Position numbers and translations under genes: made by a program
In this document: piece by piece, positions 36,794-47,365 of the stretch
Position numbering within the stretch: position 1 is the first letter of the stretch
How the letters are laid out: each line of letters begins with the position of its first letter
Notes under the pieces: generated by a model
The model's input: only the letters and a program-made list of their open reading frames with translations
What the model was told of the DNA's origin: nothing
Databases searched by the model: none
Assembly (NCBI GenBank): GCA_004764695.1
Contig: SMSO01000031.1
Location: 286,436-350,435 of the forward strand
Source of the DNA: Schizochytrium sp. TIO01
Taxonomy: Eukaryota > Protista > Bigyra: Labyrinthulomycetes
Length of the DNA stretch: 64,000 bases
Direction: 5' to 3'

Positions 36794-39700
36794 ATGGGAA
36801 CTAGTGGGAAATATATCGAAGGAATACATGCCTGTAATTCATGTGGTGCGTATCTGTTCGAGTGTGATGACTGCGGGATGTTGAACGATGCATCGCGAAA
36901 CATTTATGAACCGTGTATGTGCCCAACGAATGCATCTTTCTTTTGTAAGTGTGATGCTTCCCATGCAAGAAGCTCAGCATCAGCGCCGCATTTCAAAACT
37001 CGCGATGGAGAAGATATTCCTTTAAAAAATATCTCTTTAACTGGTCCTTCCATTCTTGAGCTTTTTGGGCGATCTCGAGTTGATAAAACTAGTGCATTGT
37101 TTGGTTCTAGTGACCAACGAGCCATTATCCCGTCTGATATTCCTTACAAAGAGGATGACGGCAGAAATTTAGGAGATAGTACATACCTTTCGGCACTTGG
37201 TGACTCCAAGCGAACTGGGAAAAATATTCTTCTTACGCTTAACCGAAGAGAAAATGACGAGTTATTGCACCGGAAGGAGGCTGAGTTGAAAAAGAATCAG
37301 TCGAATATAGCAGTCAGTATACCCTTTGTTGATTCCGTAACGCAGAGACAGAAAGAAGTTTTCTCATCGATGCTGGACGAAGTGAAGACAAAGGCAAGAG
37401 AGGAGAAAGTTGGTCTTGAAGAGAAAGTTCTCGAGCTTGGTAAAAAGATTGAAGCAGACGAGATGGTTCGTAAGGGTCTAGAAAACGACATTAGAATACT
37501 GAAGCATTCCTTAAAATATATCCAAGCAACCAAAAACAATCAGACTGAAATGCTGGACAAGCTGAACCGTAAACTTGTTCAGGTCTCACAGCAAAAGAAA
37601 GACCTATCTACAGAAAATTCGAAATTAAAATCCCAGATTCTAGATAACATGGAAAGATATTCTTTTGACGAGAGTGAGGGTGGTGATGACTCCGATGGTT
37701 CGATCGACCCAGAATCGTTTAGTAATGGTCTCGAGGCTCTAAAGGAAGGAAATTTTATTTCAGAGACAGATGCTACAAACATTACAAACATTCTTTTACG
37801 TACCGATACAGAAGATGAGGAAAACATAGTAAGACGTCTCATTTGGAAACTTTTGAAAGGTCAGGGTAGCGACGAGGGTAAGCATGGTTTTCTGAGCTCC
37901 ATTGATCCCTTAGAAAGAAGTAAAATAAAAGAAGCAGATTTCCAGCGTAAATTACAAGATCTATTCTATTCAGGAAACCTTGAAGAGGATGAAATGGAAG
38001 CCCTGATGGAAGTGATAGATGAATGTACATATGGTGAACAGAGAGACGCGATGCTGTCTATTCTGAACTCAGTGATTAAGCACTATGACGAAACGATCCA
38101 ATTCTCAGATAATGTTAGTATATGCTATCCAGAAATCAGCGGAGACACTACCAGACCTGAGAGAAAGGATATCGTAGAACTAATAGTGAAAAGTCTCAAG
38201 GAAATTTTCGGTTCAGCTTTCAGTTCAGATCAAATAGTGTCTGGTGTCGAACAAATGAAGACACTTTTAACGGAGATCAGTGCAGAAAACTTACAAACGT
38301 CCAATCTAATTGATTTAGTTACAAAGAAATTAGAAGAAATTAAAGATCTTCAAGACAAATGTGATACGAAGGATTTAACGAGCACTTTCACTGAAATGGT
38401 TGAATTAGTAGATGGTGTGAAAGAGTTTCATTTTGACTCTGAAAATAAAGATCCTGTGTGGATGCGACTTTTAACCTCAGGGGACGAACTACTTAATGAG
38501 AAGCTAACGACCTACGTTTCATTAGTAAACACGCTCAATGAGATTCTTAAACGCCCGGTGACTACCGAAAACGTTGCTCAGCTGAAGAGTCAACTTGACA
38601 ACCTAAAGACAGACTTCATCGAGGAAATCAAAACGATCGCAGGTTACAAGAAGAACATTGCTACTATTGCGAGCAAGCTAAACTCTGTGGAAAGCTTAGA
38701 ATTATTTGAACAAGTCAAAACTATTGAAACCAGACTGTCTGAGTTTAAAACAAATTTAGAAAGTGCTCAAACGCCAGTTCAAGAATTACCGGAGGAAAAC
38801 GAAGTTACTGAAGTAAATCCTGAAATACCACCTCCTCCACCTTCGAGAGCTATTCCAAATCCTCCCGCCCTGCAGAGAAACCTGCTTTCGTCGCGAGTCT
38901 ATACTTTGAAGGCACCAAAAGGTGAAATGAAATTGATCGAACCAGAATTGTACGATTTTCTGCTGAAGATTGCGGGTCTACCAAAGGAAGAAGGAAGTGG
39001 AGACATTCCTCACGTGAACAAGTCCCTTGATGAGTCTTCTTTAATGATTCCGAACCTACATGAGTTGACAACAGGATACTACCATCTCAACACTTTGTAT
39101 GAGAATACGAAGGCCCTCTTGAAAAAGGGAACCGAAGAAGCAAAGGAGGCCTTGGAATTTGCGAAGAATGTGACAACGTTCGGGCGTTGGTCGAATTACA
39201 CAGTCTATGCGAGATACATTATCTATAAGTTTATTCTTCTCCAAGATAAGAATAAGAAGACTACTCTGACTAGCTTGGTAATTGCTTTGGGATTAAGAAC
39301 AGAAGACGCAACCATCGATCGTCTCGCAGAAGCAATCATCTCAAGAATTATTGAGTCAGACACTATCTCATCTGAGCAAGAAATAGAACTCAAAGGTGCT
39401 CAAGAACAGGAGAGGCTTGCAAAGGAAAAAGAATTGATCCTTCAATCTACGGAATTAGTAGATCTTTCTTCATTGAGCAATGAGAATGTTCAAGAACTTG
39501 CAGTTCAGGAATTAGGATCGAATAATGTCATGACGTCTGCAATGACCCCTTTGGAAATTACAAAGCTTTTCCAGGATGATGGAGCTTCTATTGGTGCCCT
39601 TCGATTCCTCTTCTATGAGATGTTTACTGAGTATGATGATAACAATGTCATCATTGCTCCTGATGAGTCGGACATCAGTGATGATCGCTTAGAACCAATG

Positions 39701-41212
39701 ATTAGACAATCAAACGTCTTCGAATCTCAAAAGACAAAATCGAAGACTTCATTCGACATGAACTACCTCGAGAATAACAAATTTAAAAACCCAATTGTTG
39801 TTGAAGCTGATGACGAACTGTTACGTATCTTGGATTTGGTATTCAAGAAAGCAGATAGTTCGGATCTTACAGATGACGATATCGATAATCAGACATTTGC
39901 TTACTTTTACCGGTCAATGATCGGACCTTTTGCACAGTATAAGGACACAATTATCGATGGGACAGAAATGGAAAAGCTGGTCTCGTTAGTAACGGGACGC
40001 CTCCGAAAAATCTTGAATCTTCTTAAGCATAGTGAGCAAATTATGAATCAGAAGAAGATACAATTTGAAGAAATCGACTCACTACAGTTCACTAACAAAA
40101 GTATCAACGATTTTATTGATGAGATTAGATTTCTGTTGTTGAATCTGGTCTCTTTGAAGGAAGCGAACTTTACAGGTGCAGCGAAGAAAGAAGTAGAATA
40201 TTTGCATATTCTCTTCAGAGTAGTTGGAATTGAGGCAACCTTTAGAAATGTCCTGTATCGTCGCCTCTTCCTGATTGCCGATAAGAAAGAGCACCGAGGA
40301 ATCGTGGAGGAGGATATGATCCCCAATGGATTTTCAATGGTTGGTGCCTTGGATTTGGCGCCATTAATGCTTTTGAAAACAATTAATACACTTTGTGGGA
40401 AAAAGGAGTTCACAGATGACGAAGTGAAACAATACCTCGCAGTGGAAGTATTGACACTGATGAATTTCTTCACAGGGCACTTTGAAGGACATAATCGAGG
40501 TGATCTAGAAGAAATCTTTAGCAAGTCAGATGTTAAGAATTTCCGTACTATTGTCTCACCGCAAGAGGAAATGACGGCAAAGGTGACCCCGCTTGTCTGT
40601 CATGACGTAGTACCAGCACTCTTTAATAAGGATAGCCAAAACGTCACGCCTTTTGATGTAGAACTAAAAATGGCCTGGAAAAAAACTGATAAAAACTCAT
40701 TTGTGAACATTGGTGATCCATATGTTTCAAGAATGGAGTCTTTGAAAATCTTTCAGTTAATTCAACAAAGACTCGGCGATCTAAAACCAATTTTCCCTGA
40801 CATTGGACCGCAAATATCATCTGTTTCAGAACTTAAGACTCTTCAAATTTATGACACAAAGCAAGAGGAAGCTCAATCAGTGGAACTTGTCGGTGACATC
40901 TACACAAGAAGTGAAGAGAAAAAGTTTGCTCTGAAGTTCATTGTCAAGAATTTATTAGTTGAGAATGAATACTTCAAATTAGACAATCCCACTAAAAATT
41001 TACCCAAGGTCAACCCGAGTGCGTCACAACAGTCTTGTATTCTAACGGTATTTCTGAATGATTACATCAAGGTTTGCTTACACCAAGATTCGTATAACTT
41101 ACTTCCAAAACACAAATTTCAATCTGAACTTCAGTTTGCAGGAAAAATCTTTGATGAAGATGATGAGGAAATTGTATCTTTAGTATTGGGCATAATGAGG
41201 GAGGAAACTTAA
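36794..41212 (+). CDS. 1472-aa hypothetical protein: N-terminal Cys cluster, coiled coils, central Pro-rich linker
   Basis: Uninterrupted 4.4-kb ORF. CNSC..ECDDC..CMC..CKC at the N-terminus, heptad-rich aa ~150-290 and 490-660, PPPPPSRAIPNPP. Confidence 0.85.
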   Translation: MGTSGKYIEGIHACNSCGAYLFECDDCGMLNDASRNIYEPCMCPTNASFFCKCDASHARSSASAPHFKTRDGEDIPLKNISLTGPSILELFGRSRVDKTSALFGSSDQRAIIPSDIPYKEDDGRNLGDSTYLSALGDSKRTGKNILLTLNRRENDELLHRKEAELKKNQSNIAVSIPFVDSVTQRQKEVFSSMLDEVKTKAREEKVGLEEKVLELGKKIEADEMVRKGLENDIRILKHSLKYIQATKNNQTEMLDKLNRKLVQVSQQKKDLSTENSKLKSQILDNMERYSFDESEGGDDSDGSIDPESFSNGLEALKEGNFISETDATNITNILLRTDTEDEENIVRRLIWKLLKGQGSDEGKHGFLSSIDPLERSKIKEADFQRKLQDLFYSGNLEEDEMEALMEVIDECTYGEQRDAMLSILNSVIKHYDETIQFSDNVSICYPEISGDTTRPERKDIVELIVKSLKEIFGSAFSSDQIVSGVEQMKTLLTEISAENLQTSNLIDLVTKKLEEIKDLQDKCDTKDLTSTFTEMVELVDGVKEFHFDSENKDPVWMRLLTSGDELLNEKLTTYVSLVNTLNEILKRPVTTENVAQLKSQLDNLKTDFIEEIKTIAGYKKNIATIASKLNSVESLELFEQVKTIETRLSEFKTNLESAQTPVQELPEENEVTEVNPEIPPPPPSRAIPNPPALQRNLLSSRVYTLKAPKGEMKLIEPELYDFLLKIAGLPKEEGSGDIPHVNKSLDESSLMIPNLHELTTGYYHLNTLYENTKALLKKGTEEAKEALEFAKNVTTFGRWSNYTVYARYIIYKFILLQDKNKKTTLTSLVIALGLRTEDATIDRLAEAIISRIIESDTISSEQEIELKGAQEQERLAKEKELILQSTELVDLSSLSNENVQELAVQELGSNNVMTSAMTPLEITKLFQDDGASIGALRFLFYEMFTEYDDNNVIIAPDESDISDDRLEPMIRQSNVFESQKTKSKTSFDMNYLENNKFKNPIVVEADDELLRILDLVFKKADSSDLTDDDIDNQTFAYFYRSMIGPFAQYKDTIIDGTEMEKLVSLVTGRLRKILNLLKHSEQIMNQKKIQFEEIDSLQFTNKSINDFIDEIRFLLLNLVSLKEANFTGAAKKEVEYLHILFRVVGIEATFRNVLYRRLFLIADKKEHRGIVEEDMIPNGFSMVGALDLAPLMLLKTINTLCGKKEFTDDEVKQYLAVEVLTLMNFFTGHFEGHNRGDLEEIFSKSDVKNFRTIVSPQEEMTAKVTPLVCHDVVPALFNKDSQNVTPFDVELKMAWKKTDKNSFVNIGDPYVSRMESLKIFQLIQQRLGDLKPIFPDIGPQISSVSELKTLQIYDTKQEEAQSVELVGDIYTRSEEKKFALKFIVKNLLVENEYFKLDNPTKNLPKVNPSASQQSCILTVFLNDYIKVCLHQDSYNLLPKHKFQSELQFAGKIFDEDDEEIVSLVLGIMREET

Positions 41213-41380
41213 TTACCTCCCTTTGTTAAAATATCTTGAAAGACAGATTACAGGGAACTTTCAAATTAGGATTTAAATTAATGAAGTATCATATCTTCTT
41301 CTATTCTGTATGAACAATATTATTATTATTATTATTATTTAAAACTAAGGGAACCATGACCTTGAAATGACTTGGCATTA

Positions 41381-44035
41381 TTAGACAATCTCGTTGTTCT
41401 CTAGATGCGCCTCTGTATTGTTGGTCCTTGACAAAGTCCGGAAATCCTTTGCCGAGTCAATGCCAAATGCCTCCGCGAGCAGGTTAAAATCTTCTTCGCG
41501 GAGGGCTTCGCTGCGAGACTTCTTGCTGCGCTCCAGGTCGATAAACTTCACATTGCTAGCATCATCGACAACAATATTCCGCAATGCCACATCTCCATGG
41601 ATAAAACCAGCCTTATGGATCTTGTCAAGAGCTAAAGCAGCCTTCCAGTACAGTTCCTCAAGTCCACCGTACTCTTCTAATTCCTGCGTATGTAGATCGC
41701 ACAGTGATTTACCACACTGCTCCGTCGCAAAAACTACCAGGTTCAGAGTCTCGTCGAGACCGCAAGCTGTTACCCGTGGTACTACATCACCCTGCAGCGC
41801 GTGCAGAGCTGCGTATACTTGACCCTCATGTCCAAGTGCATACGCAGAATCATGCAGTGCGTAAGTCGTCTTGACGAAGCTAGAGACGCCGTTGATCATG
41901 ATGTCCGGATATCCTACGGCTTTACCGCCCAAAACAGTTCGCATATTGGGGGTCTCCAAGTTAGGGCCCAGTTGAAACGCAGCAAAAACGGCAGCATTTC
42001 TTTGTGGTCCACGATTTCTAGATCTGCGTGCCCTTGTGGAGTTGCCATTCCGACTTGTACTATTGTTAGTACTGGCGCTAGAACTGCCTTCCGAAGAACG
42101 TTGTTCGACTGAAACAACGACTTTGCCTTTTATAATAGTATCCACGACTGTTTTTGTGTCGTCACTTCCGTCCTTTAGCCATTCTAAGTTCATATTATCA
42201 CGGGTAGGGTTGTGATCTTTAAGTGCACGATAGAGAAAAACGAGCCACGCTTGACCAAGTGACCAGTTCCCTGGATTGGAACGACCTTCGTTATCGTTTC
42301 TATTTGAGTAGAAAGCTTCGCTCACCTTAACAGTCCGATTTTTGGAATCGCGACGGAAAAAGTACGTCTGCGGTCCATTCGTCAATGCACCAAAATTAAC
42401 GGCTGTAGACACCATGTAAAGACAAAGTTGGGCAACGGGACTTTTTATAGTACGAACAACCGGACTTCTCCTCTTCGCGGCGCGAGGAAGAGGTTCTCTC
42501 ACTTCAGTTTCTTCAATGACCTGTTGAAATTTCTTGTATTTATCAGGATTTTCCTTTTTTGCAACCTCTTTGTTTCTAGGTGCCCACTTTTCGAGGTAGT
42601 AGCTATTAATCAGATCAATAGGACGTTCCTTCAAGGTTCCAGGTGTCTTGCACTCGAGCATAGTCATCATTGCCTTGGTCAACAGGGTATTTAGCTTAGC
42701 AGATAGTTCTTCGCGCCTTTTTCCTCTCGTGTTAACCTCATCCCTCAGTTGCTCACGAATCTCCTCCTCTTTATTCACATCCGTGACAGATATTTGCACA
42801 TCAACCCTTCGATGATAAATAGACGCTGCAACTTGTATTGCTGCTTCCATTTTTGTGTCGATCTCAACGTTTTGGTTTTCCCCGACTGTTATTATGTCGG
42901 ATAAAACATCCGTCATTCCAACGTCTAAAATGTACCCCAATATCTTCATCATGTATCCATGGACTTCAGATTCTGGGAAACAATCATAGGATCTATCACG
43001 CAGAGCATAATATTTTCCAGTGAACATGTTCCTCTTTCTGGAGAACAGTTCAATTGCAGCATCAGACTCGGGATCCTTCTCAATTTCCCAACCTTCAGCG
43101 TAGAGTGGCATGAAGTATTCAGGGACCTCTGTCGTAGCTTTCGACATCTGTGATGTCTGGGCTTTTCGACCCTTCGGCTTCTCGCGTTGTGCGGAACTTT
43201 CGGCAGCGGACTGGCTCACAGCAACTCGCTTTGCTCTATCATCGAATGAGTCTTCGCGGTCCTCTTCGTCTTCGCGGTCCTCTTCGTCTTCATTCTCTAC
43301 GTCTTGACGGTTCCTTTTCGACGTTGTTGAAAAGATTCGCTTGGTTTCGATCGTTGCTGGATCTTGAGCGAAGTGATCCCAGATGGTTGCAGTGTCTTCG
43401 AAAGTAAGAATTTTCTTGATTAACTCGTCGCTGTAGGCGTCGTTTGCATCTTCATCTTCATCTGGAAGAAGGCTTCCTTCATTACGAAGCTGCTCAACGC
43501 GAGAACGCAGCTTTCTCTTCAAGCGTCTATTTTGAATAAGCTCTACCATCTGTTCGTCGTCATTAACGAGAGCGATGACCTCCTCCGCAGACATTTGGCT
43601 GATAACTTCCGGAGTCAGTGAAGTAGGACGGCTGGACGAAGAAGAGGGTTCCCAGGTGTTTGCGGACCTTATTTCCAGATCCGCGATTTTCTGAAGTAAT
43701 TCGTCTTTACGCTTTCGATTTTCCTTTTTACTTTTCCCCGGAAGAAGAAGACTCTCTGTCGCTAACGAAGTAATGTGGAGCTGAAGATCTCCGAGAAGGT
43801 CGTCATCTTGAATAAGCTCTAGCATACGTTCGTCGTCGTCAACGAGAGCGATGAGCTCCTCCACAGACATTTGACCGATATCTTCCTGAGTCAGTGGAGG
43901 AGGAGGACGGCTGGACGAAGAAGAGGGTAGCATGGCTCTCCCTGCTGATGCGACGGCAGAGATACCGCGTCTAAGTACCGATCGCTTGCCCCTTCCAGCA
44001 TCACCGCCACGTCTTTGGTCATCGTTGTCAGCCAT
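41381..44035 (-). CDS. Crinkler-like effector: duplicated N-terminal helical unit + PD-(D/E)xK REase-like domain + small kinase domain
   Basis: MLECK...VAQLCLYM...FGALTNG.QTYFFRR (CRN REase pattern). HEGQVYAALHALQGDVVP...IHGDVALRNIV...FIDLE (kinase). First ATG is at 44035. Confidence 0.75.
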   Translation of the reverse strand: MADNDDQRRGGDAGRGKRSVLRRGISAVASAGRAMLPSSSSSRPPPPLTQEDIGQMSVEELIALVDDDERMLELIQDDDLLGDLQLHITSLATESLLLPGKSKKENRKRKDELLQKIADLEIRSANTWEPSSSSSRPTSLTPEVISQMSAEEVIALVNDDEQMVELIQNRRLKRKLRSRVEQLRNEGSLLPDEDEDANDAYSDELIKKILTFEDTATIWDHFAQDPATIETKRIFSTTSKRNRQDVENEDEEDREDEEDREDSFDDRAKRVAVSQSAAESSAQREKPKGRKAQTSQMSKATTEVPEYFMPLYAEGWEIEKDPESDAAIELFSRKRNMFTGKYYALRDRSYDCFPESEVHGYMMKILGYILDVGMTDVLSDIITVGENQNVEIDTKMEAAIQVAASIYHRRVDVQISVTDVNKEEEIREQLRDEVNTRGKRREELSAKLNTLLTKAMMTMLECKTPGTLKERPIDLINSYYLEKWAPRNKEVAKKENPDKYKKFQQVIEETEVREPLPRAAKRRSPVVRTIKSPVAQLCLYMVSTAVNFGALTNGPQTYFFRRDSKNRTVKVSEAFYSNRNDNEGRSNPGNWSLGQAWLVFLYRALKDHNPTRDNMNLEWLKDGSDDTKTVVDTIIKGKVVVSVEQRSSEGSSSASTNNSTSRNGNSTRARRSRNRGPQRNAAVFAAFQLGPNLETPNMRTVLGGKAVGYPDIMINGVSSFVKTTYALHDSAYALGHEGQVYAALHALQGDVVPRVTACGLDETLNLVVFATEQCGKSLCDLHTQELEEYGGLEELYWKAALALDKIHKAGFIHGDVALRNIVVDDASNVKFIDLERSKKSRSEALREEDFNLLAEAFGIDSAKDFRTLSRTNNTEAHLENNEIV

Positions 44036-44666
44036 TTTTCCTTGTTTCGGTTTTGCAGGGCTATTTGCTTTTTCTTTTGCTGGAGTGAAGGCGCGTGCAG
44101 CAGTGGAAACAGAGGTAGTGTGATGTGAGGGGGAAAAAAGAAGGAAAACTTTACTTTCGTCTATCACTGTCGATAGAATTAAATCTACTCTACTCAAAGT
44201 CCTCTAATGACACTAGATAGTACCTTCCTAGTATCTACTTGACTCCTTTCTTTTCTTTTTTTTTTTCAATTAAAAAATAAAATAAAAGATAGTTTGCCTA
44301 ATTGATTAAGTATCTGAACTGTTTAAAAAAAAATAAGTCGTCTTTTTTTGTCTACCAGAGAGATGGGAAAACACAAAAAAGTATAGGTGTGTGGGTTGTG
44401 TATTCTTCCCCCGCTCGACTTGAGAAAAGCGTACCCCTGTTTCATAAAAGGGTAGCTCGTAGGATAGTTGAGTCATTCTGAACTCCGAGAATGCGGTTCC
44501 AATAAATCAAGAATTAATGAAGGGAGTGGAAAACTCCTAATTGACCAGTAAACTAAACTAAACTATTCATTTCTTTTCTTTTCTTTTCTTATTAAAAACT
44601 AAATAGTCGACTCCCAGATATAAGGTTGGTTACCTTTTTTTTTTCTCTTTCGTGTTTTCAATCTTG

Positions 44667-45752
44667 TTAACTTGCTACTTTACAATAAAAAGTAGCGTGA
44701 GGGTAGTCTTTCCATAATGAAATAAGGTAGGGGTGCATAACAAGGATCCCATCATAGATGTGTCGTCCTGAGTTATAGACTATACTTGGTGGGTTTATTG
44801 TAGAGAACCTGTTGATAAACATGTCATAAATAGTGACTTTTGCACCTTCCATAGTAAGCATTTGTGCAATTTCGGAAATTGGAGATTCATCGTGCTCTGA
44901 AGCCCCTGGTTGATTTCCGAATCCTACTATCAGGAATGCCTTTTGGTGTACTTTATCAAGGTCGCCTGAGCAGTATCTATTTACGATATCTTGGAAGATG
45001 AAGCGCGGGCGTAGACAGAGCTGTTCAATAGCTGTGGTTAATAAGGGAAACTTCTCTTCACCACCGATCAGCGATGCAAAGTTATGCTTGATTCCTAAAG
45101 ATGGGTGGTCATTTTGATAATTGGTCCAGATAAAGTTCGAGCCTTCAATTGCATCACGCATCGATATATCTTTGCTAAAATTGGCAGAAAACTCATTGAT
45201 AGCAGCTTGAATAGCAGCTCTTTTTGCCAAGTCCAGAAGAGTTGCGCACTCAGCAGCTTCTGCAGTTTCTGTAATGTAGATGTGAGTATAAAACAATGAT
45301 AAAAATGGCAAAATCACTTGTGCAGCTTCTCTTGAGTTTGCTCCTAACAGTCTTGGTGAATCACGCGGTGCTTCAAATGGAAGCGAGCGACACCGATGGA
45401 TAATGTTTGGGGAATATGCGATGGGAATTTCACCTGCAGTTGCCTTAACAAACTTCCCAACTGTACCAACTGGGATTACAGTTTCTATTATGACCATCCG
45501 GGGCTTGACGTTTTTGATAATTGGGATGGCACAGAGCAATGTTTGAATACTAACTGATGGCTCAAAATCCTGTCCAATACATACTAGACATATATCGATA
45601 TTTTCCAACTTTGCACTTGCATTTCCCAGCTTTATGTCATAAATTGTAGCAGCTATGTCATCGTGGTTACTAAAATGATCAAGATTGTTTTTAATCATGA
45701 TTCGACTTTGACTGCTTTCGCCAATATTTGCAATTAATAAAACCTTTTGCAT
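44667..45752 (-). CDS. Divergent UDP-glucose/GDP-mannose/UDP-ManNAc dehydrogenase-family protein
   Basis: ETVIPVGT (cf. STVPVGT), IAYSP, AEAAECATL...AINEF (cf. AEMAKL..N...NEL), IVGFGNQPG..HDESP (cf. LGLAFKP..DLRESP), GAKVTIYD. Confidence 0.75.
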   Translation of the reverse strand: MQKVLLIANIGESSQSRIMIKNNLDHFSNHDDIAATIYDIKLGNASAKLENIDICLVCIGQDFEPSVSIQTLLCAIPIIKNVKPRMVIIETVIPVGTVGKFVKATAGEIPIAYSPNIIHRCRSLPFEAPRDSPRLLGANSREAAQVILPFLSLFYTHIYITETAEAAECATLLDLAKRAAIQAAINEFSANFSKDISMRDAIEGSNFIWTNYQNDHPSLGIKHNFASLIGGEEKFPLLTTAIEQLCLRPRFIFQDIVNRYCSGDLDKVHQKAFLIVGFGNQPGASEHDESPISEIAQMLTMEGAKVTIYDMFINRFSTINPPSIVYNSGRHIYDGILVMHPYLISLWKDYPHATFYCKVAS

Positions 45753-45968
45753 GATCTCCCGACAATAACCATTAGCACACTTGCTATATAAAGGAATAGT
45801 ACTCTCCTTATATAAAGATGATAAATTACTTTCAAGTACAAGATAGGAAAAATAGAAATCCTCTTAATTCTTATATGTAATGGAAAGCTTTTCACTAAGT
45901 TCAGTGTGGGAGACTTGTAAGAACACAGTAGCATTTTTCCTCAATTATTTGCATTCCTTCTTTAACGA

Positions 45969-46418
45969 ATGAATGATGTTTACTACGTACCTGTAGTAGA
46001 GACCTTGCATGCAGGAACGTTAGTCTCCAAGTTTTTGTGTCCTATCAAAGTTCAATTATTCCGTTCATCCTCGGATAATAATTTGTGGTGGAGGTACACA
46101 AGATCTGCTCCAGAAATCCGTGCTGCGAGTCAATCAAGAATATTGACAGTTCCTTGTCCGGGAGAAGACGTACTTTTATCACACTATCTCGCGCATGCGA
46201 TACACTCGTTTTATCTCTTCAACGAAACAATGAACCTGGAGCGGATAGGTAAATTCTCATTGAGTAATTTTACTTTCACTTATTCTATAGATCATGGTGA
46301 GATCATCTATGTTCCTTTTCTTCCCTGGCATGCAGTATCAGTAACCTTTAAAAGTGGTGCTGGTGATGATCTTGAGTCTGGATATATGTCCATCAGTGTT
46401 TGTTCGCCTATGGTGTAA
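45969..46418 (+). CDS. Hypothetical protein (ORFan)
   Basis: 149-aa ATG-started ORF filling the gap between island genes; no recognisable motif. Confidence 0.6.
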   Translation: MNDVYYVPVVETLHAGTLVSKFLCPIKVQLFRSSSDNNLWWRYTRSAPEIRAASQSRILTVPCPGEDVLLSHYLAHAIHSFYLFNETMNLERIGKFSLSNFTFTYSIDHGEIIYVPFLPWHAVSVTFKSGAGDDLESGYMSISVCSPMV

Positions 46419-46552
46419 CTAAGAATGGTCAACAGAACAGCTGGTCTTACAGTGAAGCATAAGCTTTTAATTACTTTTTTTCTTCTTTAAGCTTTAAACC
46501 ATTAATAATAATAATAATTATAGTAATAATATTAATTATAACAAGTAAGACC

Positions 46553-47365
46553 ATGGAACATATTATTCGAACAGAAACAAGCTTAAAGCTTTACAGGTTT
46601 ATTATTCGAGTAAACATAACTTTGGATGAGTTTGCTCATACTCACCGGAACTGTGTCCTTTCAGTCTCCAGTGACTGGCGATGTACGTATTACGAAAAGG
46701 CCTTCACGATGAACATCTTCGATGCCAAAAAGTTACCCTACCCTGCGCTCGTTTGCATGGTTTTTACAATGACAATGGAGTCCGACGCATTCATTCCAGT
46801 ATTTGAATCGTTGTTTGGAGTTACAAAAGAAGATATTGATAAACCGACCTTGGTAAATTGGGTAGAGAAGTACTATACACCTCACAAGCCCCTTGATCTC
46901 GAGGGTTTGTTTCTTAGCTTGAACTCCTTGGCATCAGTTTCACTAAAAGTAAAAGGTCGAAAACAAAAACCACGGGTACTGCCCTCATATGATGTTCATA
47001 AAAGTGAAGAGCTTGAAGGGTATGACAGTGATTATAACAACAGGAGGGCAAATCAATTTGCAAAGTCACTAACTCTTTCTACCAAAGAGGATGACGGCTC
47101 TAGTCCAGCCCTCTCAATGGACCAGCAATCATTCTGTGCACTCGTAGTACATCCATTTCCAGAAGCGACACATCTTGCAATCGAGGTCTTTTCGAGCGGT
47201 GTGCTCAATGTAGCAGGGATCCCTACAGATGAAATCTTTGATCACTTAACACATTATGTAAATACGAAGCTTGGTCCTTTGATGGAACAACACGCTTTAA
47301 AGAGTAACGAGTTAAACGAAAGAGAAAGTGAGGAAGAAGATCGGTGGGATTTACTTTTTGGATAA
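46553..47365 (+). CDS. Divergent TATA-binding-protein-like protein
   Basis: C-terminal LAIEVFSSGVLNVAG matches the TBP repeat motif (xIFSSGK+x+TG). It is preceded by SF.ALVV-type strands and followed by a helix. The rest of the protein is too divergent to be the host TBP. Confidence 0.6.
   Translation: MEHIIRTETSLKLYRFIIRVNITLDEFAHTHRNCVLSVSSDWRCTYYEKAFTMNIFDAKKLPYPALVCMVFTMTMESDAFIPVFESLFGVTKEDIDKPTLVNWVEKYYTPHKPLDLEGLFLSLNSLASVSLKVKGRKQKPRVLPSYDVHKSEELEGYDSDYNNRRANQFAKSLTLSTKEDDGSSPALSMDQQSFCALVVHPFPEATHLAIEVFSSGVLNVAGIPTDEIFDHLTHYVNTKLGPLMEQHALKSNELNERESEEEDRWDLLFG

Noticed and set aside
41341-44602. AAAACTAA on both sides of the CRN-like gene as a target-site duplication
   Set aside because: Low-complexity AT-rich word with no terminal inverted repeats; likely chance.
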